A stretch of DNA of 32,000 bases from Cylindrospermopsis raciborskii Cr2010 (GCF_003367075.2 NZ_CP065936.1:1800001-1832000), one strand, 5' to 3'. Positions 19,029-29,270 are shown, counted from the stretch's first letter. Numbers and translations are program-made. Notes: a model not told the origin generated them from the sequence alone.

Positions 19029-19054
19029 AGACCCATACTTTAGACCCATACTTT
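19029..19054. repeat. Perfect tandem duplication of a 13-mer
   Basis: AGACCCATACTTT at 19029-19041 and 19042-19054, in the psbB 3' region. Confidence 0.9.
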
Positions 19055-19069
19055 TTACCTTACACCTAA

Positions 19070-20599
19070 TTAAGCTTCCTTGCGAACACGAGTGGTCTTA
19101 TCACCCAATTTTTGGAATAGACCCCACTCTACTTGTTCTTCTAGATCCGCTTCCACACCTGCGAATACATCGCGGTAGATAGTTCTAGCACCATGCCAGA
19201 TGTGACCAAAGAAGAATAAGAGAGCAAATACAGCGTGACCGAAGGTAAACCAACCTCTAGGAGAGGTGCGGAACACACCATCAGATCCCAAGGTTTCACG
19301 GTCGAATTCAAAAATTTCCCCACCTTGAGCTTTCCGAGCATATTTCTTCACATCAGCAGGGTCTGTGAATGTTTGACCATTCAAATTACCACCGTAGAAG
19401 CTAACAGTTACACCCGTTTGCTCAAAGCTGTATCTGGATTCCGCCCGACGGAAAGGAATGTCAGCGCGGACAACCCCATCCTTATCGGTCAAAATCACAG
19501 GGAAGGTTTCAAAGAAGTTAGGTAGACGACGAACAGTCAGTTCCCTTCCTTCCGAATCTGTGAATACTGCATGACCTTGCCAAGATTGGGCAATGCCATC
19601 ACCCTTAACCATAGGACCTGTGCGGAATAATCCACCTTTAGCCGGACTATTACCCACATAGTCGTAAAAAGCTAACTTTTCAGGGATTTGTGACCATGCT
19701 TCTGTTAAAGTCGCACCACCAGCTACACTGGATTGCACACGACGTTGAATCTCTTGTCGGAAGTATCCTTGATCCCACTGGTAGCGGGTAGGTCCAAACA
19801 GTTCAATGGGTGTAGTTGCATTTCCATACCACATTGTTCCTGCTACTACGAAAGCGGCAAAGAACACTGCTGCAATACTGCTGGAAAGTACGGTTTCGAT
19901 ATTACCCATCCGTAGAGCTTTGTAGAGCCTTTCCGGTGGTCTAACCGATAGGTGGAATAGTCCGGCAATAATACCTACCACCCCTGCAGCAATATGGTGA
20001 GCCACAACACCACCAGGGTTAAAGGGGTTAAAGCCTGCTGGTCCCCATTCAGGTGCTACTGGTTGAATACTGCCAGTTAAACCATAAGCATCAGAAACCC
20101 ACATTCCTGGACCAAATAGACCAGTGAGATGGAAAGCACCAAATCCAAAACAAAGTAAACCGGATAAGAACAAATGAATGCCAAACATTTTTGGCAAATC
20201 TAAAGCAGATTCGCCAGTGCGGGGATCTCTAAACAGTTCCAAATCCCAATAAACCCAGTGCCAAACAGCAGCTAGGAATAATAGACCGGAGAGAACTATA
20301 TGAGCAGCAGCTACGCCTTCAAATGACCAGAAGCCAGGATCTACTGCTGTACCACCTGTTACGCTCCAACCGCCCCAGGATTCGGTTACACCCAAACGTG
20401 CCATGAAGGGTAATACGAACATCCCTTGTCGCCACATCGGGTTGAGAACAGGATCACTAGGATCGTAAACAGCTAATTCATAGAGTGCCATTGAACCAGC
20501 CCAGCCAGCAACTAAGGCTGTGTGCATTAAGTGTACGGAAATCAGTCGGCCTGGATCGTTCAGCACCACTGTATGTACTCGGTACCAAGGTAGTCCCAT
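19070..20599 (-). CDS. psbB: Photosystem II CP47 chlorophyll apoprotein
   Basis: [70 protein letters not shown]..., full length 509 aa. Confidence 0.99.
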   Translation of the reverse strand: MGLPWYRVHTVVLNDPGRLISVHLMHTALVAGWAGSMALYELAVYDPSDPVLNPMWRQGMFVLPFMARLGVTESWGGWSVTGGTAVDPGFWSFEGVAAAHIVLSGLLFLAAVWHWVYWDLELFRDPRTGESALDLPKMFGIHLFLSGLLCFGFGAFHLTGLFGPGMWVSDAYGLTGSIQPVAPEWGPAGFNPFNPGGVVAHHIAAGVVGIIAGLFHLSVRPPERLYKALRMGNIETVLSSSIAAVFFAAFVVAGTMWYGNATTPIELFGPTRYQWDQGYFRQEIQRRVQSSVAGGATLTEAWSQIPEKLAFYDYVGNSPAKGGLFRTGPMVKGDGIAQSWQGHAVFTDSEGRELTVRRLPNFFETFPVILTDKDGVVRADIPFRRAESRYSFEQTGVTVSFYGGNLNGQTFTDPADVKKYARKAQGGEIFEFDRETLGSDGVFRTSPRGWFTFGHAVFALLFFFGHIWHGARTIYRDVFAGVEADLEEQVEWGLFQKLGDKTTRVRKEA

Positions 20600-21018
20600 T
20601 GACTACGCCCCTCCTTAAAAAGTTAGTTTACAAAGCAATTTTCTTACTGAGACTGCTCAGGTGATAATCTACCATCCACAGGTCTCCGGTGAGTTTTTGT
20701 TATTGCCAGTCTTGATTGATATTTCCCCGCTTTAGAAAAATGGGGATTCTAATTGGTGAGTGCATACGGGTTGAAACCTCGCATTTACTCAATAGCCGTG
20801 TGGCTAGGTTTATTATCGCCGATTTGCCGTCATAAGTTAAGTCTTCCAGCTCATCACTTTTAAGAACTCTCTTATTTCAGCTCCGAGCAAAAATGAGAAT
20901 TTTTTAGTAAGTATAACCTGAAAATGTGATTGTTGATCCAAATGTCTTTGTTATTATTCCAGGAGAAGGAGGTCAAGTTTGGTAAGTTCGCCAAATTATC
21001 GCTAAGTTTAAAACAACA

Positions 21019-22656
21019 ATGGCCATAACTAAGTTTTTCCGCTGGTTAGGGAAACCAGTTAAATTTCTATCCCTATTCTCTTTGTGCTTCTTACTGACCA
21101 TTAGCTGTAGTCCCACTCAGCATTCCAATACCCCTCCCCAGAATCTTTCCGCTGATGCTCGCATTACCATAGGCACTACTGCCAAACCAAGAACTCTTGA
21201 CCCCGCTGATGCTTATGAGTTAGCATCCCTGGGTTTAATTTTTAATATGAGCGATCGCCTGTATACGTATAATCCAGGTAGCACGGAAATTCAACCACAA
21301 CTGGCTACTTCTTTACCTAAAGTTAGTGCGGATGGGTTAACATATACCATACCTTTGCGTAAAGATGTGGTTTTTCACGATGGTACTCCCTTTAACGCTA
21401 AAGCTATGGAATTCAGTATTCAGCGGTTTATAGAAAATAAGGGTAAACCCTCGTTTTTACTTTCTGATACTATAGACTCAGTAAAAGCAACTAAGGAACA
21501 TGAATTAACAATTAGGTTAAAAAAACCTTTTGCCGCTTTTCCTGCTTTATTAGCCTTTTCGGGGGTGTGTCCGGTATCACCTAAATCCTATCAAATTGGG
21601 GCGGGTAAATTCCAACCTAATATATTTGTGGGAACTGGTCCATATAAACTCCAAGAATATGGGGCGGATTCGTTAAAATTTGATGTTTTTGACCAATATT
21701 GGGGAGAAAAACCGGCAAATAAGGGGATTAACGTACAAATTCAATCTAGTCCCGTCAACCTGTTTAATGCCTTTAAAACAGGGGCGTTTGACGTTGCTTA
21801 TTTGTCATTACAACCAGATCAAATTCGCAGTTTAGAAGAGGGAGCAAAAACAGGAAATTGGCAAGCAATAACTGCTCAAGGTAGTGTAGTTAGTTATATG
21901 GTACTCAATAGAAATCAACAACCCCTAGATCAACCAGAAGTACGAAAGGCGATCGCTTCATTAGTCAATCGTTCCCTATTGAACGACAGGGTGTTATATG
22001 GTCAAGCGGATCCGCTTTATAGCATGATTCCGACAACATTTAATGTTTCCCAACCATTATTTAAAAACAAATATGGTGATGGAGAATTTGACCGAGCCAA
22101 AAACCTGTTAACTGCTGCGGGATTCTCTGTAGAAAAGCCAGCCAAAATTCAAGTTTGGTATCCTTCCAGTTCACCTACCCGCAGTTTAGTGGCACAAACC
22201 TTAAAATCCCTAGCTGACACCAAAATGGGTGGAATATTACAACTAGAAATTAAAACTGTAGAAGGAGCAACATTCTTCAAAGAAATTTCTAAAGGTTCCT
22301 ATCCCATAGCCCTATTAGATTGGTATCCGGACTTTTTAGATCCCGATAACTATGTCCAACCATTTTTGGCATGTGAGCAAGGTTCAGAAAGCAAAGGTTG
22401 TGAAAAAGGTGGTAGTCAAACCCAAGGAGCTTTTTATTATAGCCAAACCATGAATAAATTGATTGATCAACAGCGTCAAGAGCAGAATCCAGAAGCCAGA
22501 AAGAAAATATTTAATCAGATTCAGAACCTGGTTTTAGAAGATGTTCCTTATATTCCCCTATGGCAAAATAAAGATTATGTTTTTGCCCAAAAAGGTGTGA
22601 ACAACGTCCAACTTGATCCCACTCAGAATCTGATTTACAAAAACATCAAAAAATAA
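21019..22656 (+). CDS. ABC transporter substrate-binding protein, family 5 (peptide/nickel type), lipoprotein
   Basis: Lipobox LLTISCSP; RTLDPADAYELASLG; AMEFSIQRF; VPYIPLW. Confidence 0.93.
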   Translation: MAITKFFRWLGKPVKFLSLFSLCFLLTISCSPTQHSNTPPQNLSADARITIGTTAKPRTLDPADAYELASLGLIFNMSDRLYTYNPGSTEIQPQLATSLPKVSADGLTYTIPLRKDVVFHDGTPFNAKAMEFSIQRFIENKGKPSFLLSDTIDSVKATKEHELTIRLKKPFAAFPALLAFSGVCPVSPKSYQIGAGKFQPNIFVGTGPYKLQEYGADSLKFDVFDQYWGEKPANKGINVQIQSSPVNLFNAFKTGAFDVAYLSLQPDQIRSLEEGAKTGNWQAITAQGSVVSYMVLNRNQQPLDQPEVRKAIASLVNRSLLNDRVLYGQADPLYSMIPTTFNVSQPLFKNKYGDGEFDRAKNLLTAAGFSVEKPAKIQVWYPSSSPTRSLVAQTLKSLADTKMGGILQLEIKTVEGATFFKEISKGSYPIALLDWYPDFLDPDNYVQPFLACEQGSESKGCEKGGSQTQGAFYYSQTMNKLIDQQRQEQNPEARKKIFNQIQNLVLEDVPYIPLWQNKDYVFAQKGVNNVQLDPTQNLIYKNIKK

Positions 22657-22682
22657 AAACCAACAACCCTAATTATTGCCCT

Positions 22683-23708
22683 ATGTCTCGGTCTAAAGCC
22701 CTACAGTATTACATAGCTTCTCGGTTATTATTTGCACCGCTGCAATTATTAACCATTGTCACCATTGTTTTTCTTTTACTAAGAGCAACACCGGGAGATC
22801 CAGCAGATGCAATTTTAGGAGGTAGGGCTCCAGAAAGTGCCAAAGAAGAACTGAGAAAACAATTAGGATTAGACCTACCCATTTGGCTACAGTATATCAA
22901 CTACCTGGGGAACATCCTACGTTTTGACCTGGGTAGTTCCCTAACTAGTCGGGGTCAAAACGTCTGGCAAATCATCAGTCAACATTTTCCTGCAACGATG
23001 GAACTAGCAGTTTGTAGCATGTTAGTAGCGCTCATTGTGGGGATTTTAGTAGGAACCCTTTCTGCATCCCGTCCAGGAACTCCCTTGGATTTGGGGGGGA
23101 GATTATTTGGCATTATCACCTATGCACTCCCCATGTTCTGGGCGGGGATGTTATTACAATTAGTCTTCTCTGTCCAGTTACAATGGTTCCCTAATTCTAA
23201 TCGTTTTCCTCCCAATATTAGTCCCCCCACAACCATTACTGGTTTATATACCATTGATAGTTTATTGAGTGGTAACTTGAATTATTTTTTCCTGGCCTTG
23301 CATCATTTAGCTCTACCCAGTTTAACCCTAGGAATTTTATTAAGTGGTATTTTTGAGCGAATAGTTAGAGTCAACTTAAAAGAAACTCTAAAAGCTGACT
23401 ATGTGGAAGCAGCTCGAGCTAGAGGAATACCAGAAAACAAGATTTTAGTATCCCACGCTTTAAAAAATGCCCTCATACCAGTAATTACAGTTTTAGGGTT
23501 AACATTTGCTTCCCTATTGGGAGGAGCAATTTTAACCGAGGTGACTTTTTCTTGGCCTGGGTTGGCCAATAGACTATATCAAGCAATTGCTGACAGGGAT
23601 TATACCACCGTGCAGGGAGTGTTAGTATTTTTCGGGGGAATTGTTGTTAGTGCTAGTATTGTGATTGATATTCTCAATGCTTATATAGATCCAAGAATTA
23701 GATATTAG
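22683..23708 (+). CDS. DppB/OppB-type ABC transporter permease
   Basis: RATPGDPADAI, GGAILTEVTFSWPGLANRLYQAI, C-terminal AYIDPRIRY. Confidence 0.95.
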   Translation: MSRSKALQYYIASRLLFAPLQLLTIVTIVFLLLRATPGDPADAILGGRAPESAKEELRKQLGLDLPIWLQYINYLGNILRFDLGSSLTSRGQNVWQIISQHFPATMELAVCSMLVALIVGILVGTLSASRPGTPLDLGGRLFGIITYALPMFWAGMLLQLVFSVQLQWFPNSNRFPPNISPPTTITGLYTIDSLLSGNLNYFFLALHHLALPSLTLGILLSGIFERIVRVNLKETLKADYVEAARARGIPENKILVSHALKNALIPVITVLGLTFASLLGGAILTEVTFSWPGLANRLYQAIADRDYTTVQGVLVFFGGIVVSASIVIDILNAYIDPRIRY

Positions 23709-23742
23709 GTGTAGGCTTGTTTAGTTCTCCTGATTTGAATGG

Positions 23743-23773
23743 AACCACCTAAATCTTAGATTTGGGTGGGTTT
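23743..23773. terminator. Bidirectional terminator-like palindrome between convergent permease genes
   Basis: AACCACCtAAATCTtAGATTTgGGTGGGTTT. Confidence 0.65.
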
Positions 23774-24884
23774 AACGAATACTCCGGGGGTCAAGAGCAT
23801 CTCTCAATCCATCACCAAGCAAATTAAATGCTAAAACCGTCAATATTATCAGCATAGCTGGAGCTAGAACTAACCACGGTTGTAAAACTAAAATAGAAGC
23901 ATTACTGGCTAAAGAAAGCATGTTTCCCCAAGAAGGATCAGGTTGTTGAATACCTAAACCAATTAAACTTAATACCGCTTCTGCTCCTATAAAACTAGGA
24001 ATAGCTAAAGTAGCTGAAATAATTACATAACTGGCAGTTTGAGGTAATATATGACGCAAGATGATATAAAAAGGTTTGCCTCCTATAGCTAGTGACGCTT
24101 GAACAAATTCCTGTTCTTTAATAGACAAGACTTGACCACGAATTACTCGGGCCAAACCAGCCCAACTAATCACTGAAGTAATTAAGACTATTAGCAGAAA
24201 TCTTTGTGTGCTGGTCAATTGAGGACTTAAAATTCCTGACAGTGCTGCTAATAAGTAAATACTAGGAAAGGTCATCAAAACTTCTGCCAACCGCATAATA
24301 ATAATATCAATCCAACCACCAAAATAGCCAGAAATACCACCAATGATTAAACCTAATGGGTAGGTAATAATAATCCCAAAAATCCCAATAAATAGACTAA
24401 TCCTTCCTCCATGTAGCAATCGACTAAATTGGTCTCTACCCTGTTCATCTGTTCCCAATAGGTTAAATTTGGCTGGATCTTTAGCACCAAACAAATGTAA
24501 ATTTAGGGTGATACCAGGAATAATCTTTACTTCTTCCCATGCGGGAGGTAAGGGTAATTTTACCTCGAATAATGTATATTCAGAACCAACTACAAATAAA
24601 CCCAGAGATGATGGTTTTTGAAAATCAACAATTAGTTTTCTTTCTCCGGTTTCTAAATTTGTATCCCCCTGAGTTGTGGGATAAATATGTGGTCCAATAA
24701 ATTTACCATCTGGCGTTTTCCAATAAATTTTGGTTGGTGGTAATAGAGAACCATGAGGTTGAGAATCATAGGGATTATAGGGCGCTATAAAATCGGCACC
24801 AATTACTCCTATGTAAAATACTAACAGTATTATTGCACCAAATCGCGCTAAGTTGTTATTCTTTAGTCTTTGCCACCAGTTCAT
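23772..24884 (-). CDS. DppC/OppC-type ABC transporter permease with extended loop after TM1
   Basis: LLGTDEQGRDQFSRLLHGGRISL, EFVQASLAIGG, LSLIGLGIQQPDPSWGNML, LNLLGDGLRDALDPR. Confidence 0.94.
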   Translation of the reverse strand: MNWWQRLKNNNLARFGAIILLVFYIGVIGADFIAPYNPYDSQPHGSLLPPTKIYWKTPDGKFIGPHIYPTTQGDTNLETGERKLIVDFQKPSSLGLFVVGSEYTLFEVKLPLPPAWEEVKIIPGITLNLHLFGAKDPAKFNLLGTDEQGRDQFSRLLHGGRISLFIGIFGIIITYPLGLIIGGISGYFGGWIDIIIMRLAEVLMTFPSIYLLAALSGILSPQLTSTQRFLLIVLITSVISWAGLARVIRGQVLSIKEQEFVQASLAIGGKPFYIILRHILPQTASYVIISATLAIPSFIGAEAVLSLIGLGIQQPDPSWGNMLSLASNASILVLQPWLVLAPAMLIILTVLAFNLLGDGLRDALDPRSIR

Positions 24885-25000
24885 AGTTCTAATTTCTGAT
24901 TTTAATTACAATAGGAGGGATATGGCAAAAATCTCTTGACAGTAACAGATTTTTGCCTTACCATTGAACCTGGGTTCAATGGCTTATTCAACTCTTTAAT

Positions 25001-25072
25001 GCGGGTGTAATTCAGTGGTAGAATGTCTGCCTCCCATGCAGAATGTCGTGGGTTCGAGTCCCATCACCCGCT
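25001..25072 (+). tRNA. trnG: tRNA-Gly, anticodon CCC
   Basis: GCGGGTG TA ATTC AGTGGTA GAAT G TCTGC CTCCCAT GCAGA ATGTC GTGGG TTCGAGT CCCAT CACCCGC T: complete cloverleaf with anticodon loop CT-CCC-AT. Confidence 0.95.
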
Positions 25073-25080
25073 TTTAGTCC

Positions 25081-25575
25081 CTATCTACAACCTAGGGATT
25101 CACGAGTGTCAACTCCCGTTTGAGAGTTAACTCCACTAGCATCAGCACACAATTTTTTCACCTCCACTCCATCTAAAATGGCATTGGTAAAGTCAGCACC
25201 GGTAATATCCACATTGTTAAATGTCGAGCGTAACATCATGGCATTAGTAAAAATGGCATCGCTTAAATTAGAATTCTTAAAATTAGACAAGTAAGAGATT
25301 CCGTCACTAAAGTTGACTCCATGTAAATTTGTATCAATCAACAGTGTGCCATTAAATACTACACCTCGCAAATCAGCATTGCTAAAGTTAGCATTTTCCA
25401 ATTTAATGTTGGTGAACTCCTTACCTACTAAACTTTTTCCCGAATAATCTTGAATTTCTATCTTACTCCCTGCAGACCGGGTAATACTAGAAGAACTGGC
25501 TGCTTGTGCGGATAAGTTAGATACAAAGAACACTGCGGTTAAAACTAAACCGACAAATATTTGCCAATACTTCAT
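25081..25575 (-). CDS. Secreted/lumenal-type pentapeptide repeat protein
   Basis: Signal peptide ...FFVSNLSAQAA; pentapeptides FSNADLRGVVF, NLSDAIFTNA; C-terminal LCADASG...TRESLGC. Confidence 0.85.
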   Translation of the reverse strand: MKYWQIFVGLVLTAVFFVSNLSAQAASSSSITRSAGSKIEIQDYSGKSLVGKEFTNIKLENANFSNADLRGVVFNGTLLIDTNLHGVNFSDGISYLSNFKNSNLSDAIFTNAMMLRSTFNNVDITGADFTNAILDGVEVKKLCADASGVNSQTGVDTRESLGCR

Positions 25576-25648
25576 GATTTTTGAGTAATAAATCTTATCA
25601 ATCTACAATATTAGAATATCTAAAATACAGTCAGTTAACTCAAAACTC

Positions 25649-26800
25649 GTGATCAAATCAGACAGTCCTGTAAATCATTCTGTTCCTTCACCAGGGGGAA
25701 AAACCCCTCTATATCAAACTGGTGTGGAAATGAAAGCCAGATTTACCAACTTTGGCGGTTGGGAAATGCCTTTACAATACACCAGTATTATTGAGGAACA
25801 CCAAGCTGTGAGAAATGGTGCGGGAATGTTTGATATTTCCCACATGGGTAAGTTTAACCTCCAGGGTAAAAACCTCATGGTCCAACTGGAAAAACTAGTC
25901 CCTTCTGATTTAAGTAGGTTGCAACCTGGTCAGTCTCAATACACTGTACTGTTAAATCCTCAAGGTGGGATTATTGACGATATCATTATTTACCGTCAAA
26001 GTGGAAAAAATACAGATAATGAAAAAGTTGTCATTATTGTTAACGCCTCTACTACAGATAAAGACAGGAATTGGTTGTCGCAAAATCTGGACTTGAATCA
26101 AATTCAATTTGAAGACCTGTCTAGGGATAAGATATTAATTGCCCTCCAGGGTCCAAAAGCTACTGCTATATTACAGTCTTTTGTAGCTGATGATTTGACA
26201 CCTATCAAAGCTTTTGGCCATTTAGAAACCGAAATTTTGGGTGGTGGGGCCTTTTTAGCTCGTACTGGTTACACAGGGGAAGATGGCTTTGAGATCATGG
26301 TAGATTCGCAAACGGGACTGGAATTTTGGCAACGTCTCCATGGTGCAGGTGTCACCCCTTGCGGATTAGGTTGTAGGGACACATTGCGGTTAGAAGCAGC
26401 TATGTCACTTTATGGTCAAGATATTGATGATAATACTACACCTTTAGAAGCTGGTTTGGCATGGTTAGTCCATTTAGATAGAAAAGGTGATTTTATTGGT
26501 CGAGACATTTTAGAAAGGCAAAAAATCCAGGGTGTGGAGCGTAAATTGGTGGGTTTACAAACTCAGGGAAGAAATATTCCCCGTCATGGCTACTCCCTTC
26601 TATCATCTGGAAAAATCATTGGACAGGTGACCAGTGGTACTCTGTCTCCCACCTTAAACTATCCTATTGCTCTAGCTTATGTAACTGCTGAGTTAGCAAA
26701 TATTAAACAGCAAATAGAAGTGGATATACGTGGTAAAACCTATCCAGCCCAAGTAGTAAAACGCCCTTTTTATAAATCCCAAAATCGTGCCCACAAATAA
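25649..26800 (+). CDS. gcvT: Glycine cleavage system aminomethyltransferase (T protein)
   Basis: TPLYQTGVEMKARFTNFGGWEMPLQYTSIIEEHQAVRNGAGMFDISHMGK; ARTGYTGEDGFE; RLEAAMSLYG. Confidence 0.95.
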   Translation: MIKSDSPVNHSVPSPGGKTPLYQTGVEMKARFTNFGGWEMPLQYTSIIEEHQAVRNGAGMFDISHMGKFNLQGKNLMVQLEKLVPSDLSRLQPGQSQYTVLLNPQGGIIDDIIIYRQSGKNTDNEKVVIIVNASTTDKDRNWLSQNLDLNQIQFEDLSRDKILIALQGPKATAILQSFVADDLTPIKAFGHLETEILGGGAFLARTGYTGEDGFEIMVDSQTGLEFWQRLHGAGVTPCGLGCRDTLRLEAAMSLYGQDIDDNTTPLEAGLAWLVHLDRKGDFIGRDILERQKIQGVERKLVGLQTQGRNIPRHGYSLLSSGKIIGQVTSGTLSPTLNYPIALAYVTAELANIKQQIEVDIRGKTYPAQVVKRPFYKSQNRAHK

Positions 26801-26828
26801 TGGTTGAAAAACCTTGAGGTTAAGTTTT

Positions 26829-26925
26829 GGAGCATGGCGTAAAGCCTCCACTTGGTGCAAACCTGGTTGAGCAAGTTTTGACGATGAATGTAGAATCCCC
26901 GTGTATTTAGACCGGGGAGTGTCAA
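26829..26925 (+). mobile_element. Candidate orphan right end / omegaRNA-like remnant of a TnpB (IS200/IS605-type) element; no tnpB present
   Basis: Three consecutive hairpin-capable segments, GGAgcatGGCgtaaaGCCTCC, ACTTG...CAAGT and gaatCCCCGtgtatttagacCGGGGagtgtcaa, ending in TCAA. Matches my recollection of cyanobacterial TnpB-element right ends. Confidence 0.45.
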
Positions 26926-26961
26926 TTATGTAGAACATTATTGAATGTAGAAAGGAAAATT

Positions 26962-27351
26962 ATGGAGCTGAAATATCCCGAAGATTTACTGTATCTCGAT
27001 ACTCATGAATATGTACGACTAGATAGTGAAATTGCTACTGTGGGCATTACTAATTTTGCCATAGACCAATTGGGAGATATAGTATTTTTAGAACTGACAG
27101 AGGTTGGAAATGACCTTTCCCAAGGAGAATCATTTGGCACAATCGAATCAGTTAAAGCAGTGGAAGAATTAAAATCCCCAGTCACAGGAGTAGTTATAGA
27201 AAGAAATGAGTCCTTGATTGAGTCTCCAGAATCCATAGGAAAGGACCCCTATGGGGATGGCTGGTTTATTAAAGTGCATATAAGTAATGCCCAAGAAGTG
27301 GTGCAGGGAATGTCTGCTGAAAAATATGCTGCTTTGGTGGAGGGAGCATAA
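26962..27351 (+). CDS. gcvH: Glycine cleavage system H protein
   Basis: MELKYPEDLLYLDTHEYVRLDSEIATVGITNFAIDQLGDIVFLELTEVG; FGTIESVKAVEELKSPVTG (lipoyl-Lys motif). Confidence 0.95.
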   Translation: MELKYPEDLLYLDTHEYVRLDSEIATVGITNFAIDQLGDIVFLELTEVGNDLSQGESFGTIESVKAVEELKSPVTGVVIERNESLIESPESIGKDPYGDGWFIKVHISNAQEVVQGMSAEKYAALVEGA

Positions 27352-27586
27352 CTTTTGCTTGGATTCCACCCTCTCCAGATAAAAAATGGAGTCATGATAT
27401 TAAGTTCCCTAACTCAAGTATGATAGGGATATAAAGAAATGTAATGCTAATAAATGATGATGCCAGATCAATCCTATAAGATCAGACATCACTGGGGGCG
27501 TTAGCATTTCGACTCAGACAAGAGTTGATATAGTGCTACCACTCTTGTCAAAATACTCAACAAATCACACAAAGAGCGTGTAGACT

Positions 27587-28126
27587 ATGGCTCAATTTTC
27601 TGAATCAATGGACGTACCTGATATGGGTCGTCGCCAGTTTATGAACTTACTTACCTTTGGGACTGTAACCGGGGTAGCTGCTGGAGTTCTTTATCCCGTT
27701 GTGAACTACTTCATCCCGCCTGCCAGCGGTGGTGCTGGTGGCGGTTCAGTCGCAAAGGATGAACTGGGCAATGATGTTAGTCTCAGCAAGTTCCTTTCTA
27801 GTCACAATGTGGGAGATCGGACTTTAGTTCAAGGATTAAAGGGAGACCCTACCTACATCGTGGTGGAAACTAAAGAAGCAATTGCTGATTATGGCATTAA
27901 TGCTATCTGTACCCACCTGGGTTGTGTTGTTCCCTGGAACGTAGCAGAGAATAAGTTTAAATGTCCTTGCCATGGTTCTCAATACGATGCGACTGGTAAA
28001 GTTGTACGCGGACCTGCACCTAAATCTCTAGCTTTAGCTCATGCTAATGTCAACGATGACACTATCGTTTTGACCCCCTGGACGGAAACCGACTTCCGCA
28101 CTAATGAAAACCCATGGTGGGCTTAA
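27587..28126 (+). CDS. petC: Cytochrome b6-f complex Rieske iron-sulfur subunit
   Basis: [10 protein letters not shown] and CPCHGSQY cluster-binding motifs; N-terminal TM anchor; upstream of petA. Confidence 0.98.
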   Translation: MAQFSESMDVPDMGRRQFMNLLTFGTVTGVAAGVLYPVVNYFIPPASGGAGGGSVAKDELGNDVSLSKFLSSHNVGDRTLVQGLKGDPTYIVVETKEAIADYGINAICTHLGCVVPWNVAENKFKCPCHGSQYDATGKVVRGPAPKSLALAHANVNDDTIVLTPWTETDFRTNENPWWA

Positions 28127-28212
28127 TAGAATAAAGTGCTGAGTAACTAATCATTAGTCAATGCTGACCAATGACAACTGACTAACTAAAACCGAAACAT
28201 GACTTTATAGAG

Positions 28213-29214
28213 ATGAGAAACGCCCTTACACCAGCGAGGTTAACTCGCGCTGCTAAGGTAATGCTAAATACATTACTAATAGCGATCGCCTCCGTGACAT
28301 TTTCCTTGGTTAGCGATTTCGTTCAACCCCAAAGTGCTGCTGCTTACCCCTTTTGGGCGCAGGAAACTGCTCCTGAAACACCTCGCGAAGCCACAGGGCG
28401 AATTGTATGTGCCAACTGTCACCTAGCTGCCAAGAACACAGAAGTAGAAGTACCACAATCCGTATTACCTGATACCGTATTTAAAGCGGTGGTCAAAATA
28501 CCATACGATACCAGCGTACAGCAAGTAGGAGCGGATGGTTCTAAGGTTGGTTTAAACGTTGGAGCGGTATTAATGTTACCGGAAGGGTTTAAGATTGCTC
28601 CAGAAGATCGCATACCAGAAGAACTCAAAGAAGAAGTAGGGGATCTACCATTCCAAACCTACAAGGAAGATCAAGAAAACGTAATTATTGTTGGGCCATT
28701 ACCTGGGGAAGAATATCAAGAAATTGTTTTTCCTGTATTGTCACCTAACCCTGCTACCGACAAAAATATCCACTTTGGCAAATATTCCATTCATGTTGGC
28801 GGAAATCGGGGACGTGGACAAGTTTACCCCACAGGTGAAAAGAGTAACAATAACATTTACAATGCTTCTGCTGGGGGGACAATTAGTAAGATTGCTCAAA
28901 CCGAAGATGAAGATGGTAATGTCAAATATATAGTTAGCATCACCACTGCATCGGGAGATGTGGTGGAAGATACTGTGCCCGCAGGTCCGGAATTAATTGT
29001 TTCTGAGGGACAAACTGTAGCATCTGGTGATGCTTTAACCAATAACCCTAATGTGGGTGGTTTTGGTCAGAAAGACGCAGAAATTGTCTTACAAGATAGT
29101 TCTAGGGTTGTGTGGCTGATTGCCTTTATCTGTTTAGTCATGATGGCACAGGTAATGTTAGTGCTGAAGAAGAAACAAATAGAAAAAGTCCAAGCTGCTG
29201 AGATGAATTTCTAA
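28213..29214 (+). CDS. petA: Cytochrome f
   Basis: [32 protein letters not shown]-terminal TM and ...[15 protein letters not shown]. Confidence 0.99.
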   Translation: MRNALTPARLTRAAKVMLNTLLIAIASVTFSLVSDFVQPQSAAAYPFWAQETAPETPREATGRIVCANCHLAAKNTEVEVPQSVLPDTVFKAVVKIPYDTSVQQVGADGSKVGLNVGAVLMLPEGFKIAPEDRIPEELKEEVGDLPFQTYKEDQENVIIVGPLPGEEYQEIVFPVLSPNPATDKNIHFGKYSIHVGGNRGRGQVYPTGEKSNNNIYNASAGGTISKIAQTEDEDGNVKYIVSITTASGDVVEDTVPAGPELIVSEGQTVASGDALTNNPNVGGFGQKDAEIVLQDSSRVVWLIAFICLVMMAQVMLVLKKKQIEKVQAAEMNF

Positions 29215-29244
29215 ATTCCCTGCTAGATCGCACTTTTTTCTTGG

Positions 29245-29270
29245 GACAGGCAAAAAGCCTGTCTTTTTTT
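29245..29270 (+). terminator. Rho-independent terminator of petCA
   Basis: GACAGGCaaaaaGCCTGTCTTTTTTT. Confidence 0.92.

Noticed and set aside
19141-19915. ORFs antisense to psbB (19141..19341 same strand alternate frame, 19235..19525, 19733..19915)
   Set aside because: Shadow ORFs of the highly constrained psbB coding sequence.
26693-26938. 81-aa minus-strand ORF overlapping the gcvT 3' end and gcvT-gcvH gap
   Set aside because: Mostly antisense to gcvT with no protein-family character; better explained by the structured element on the plus strand.
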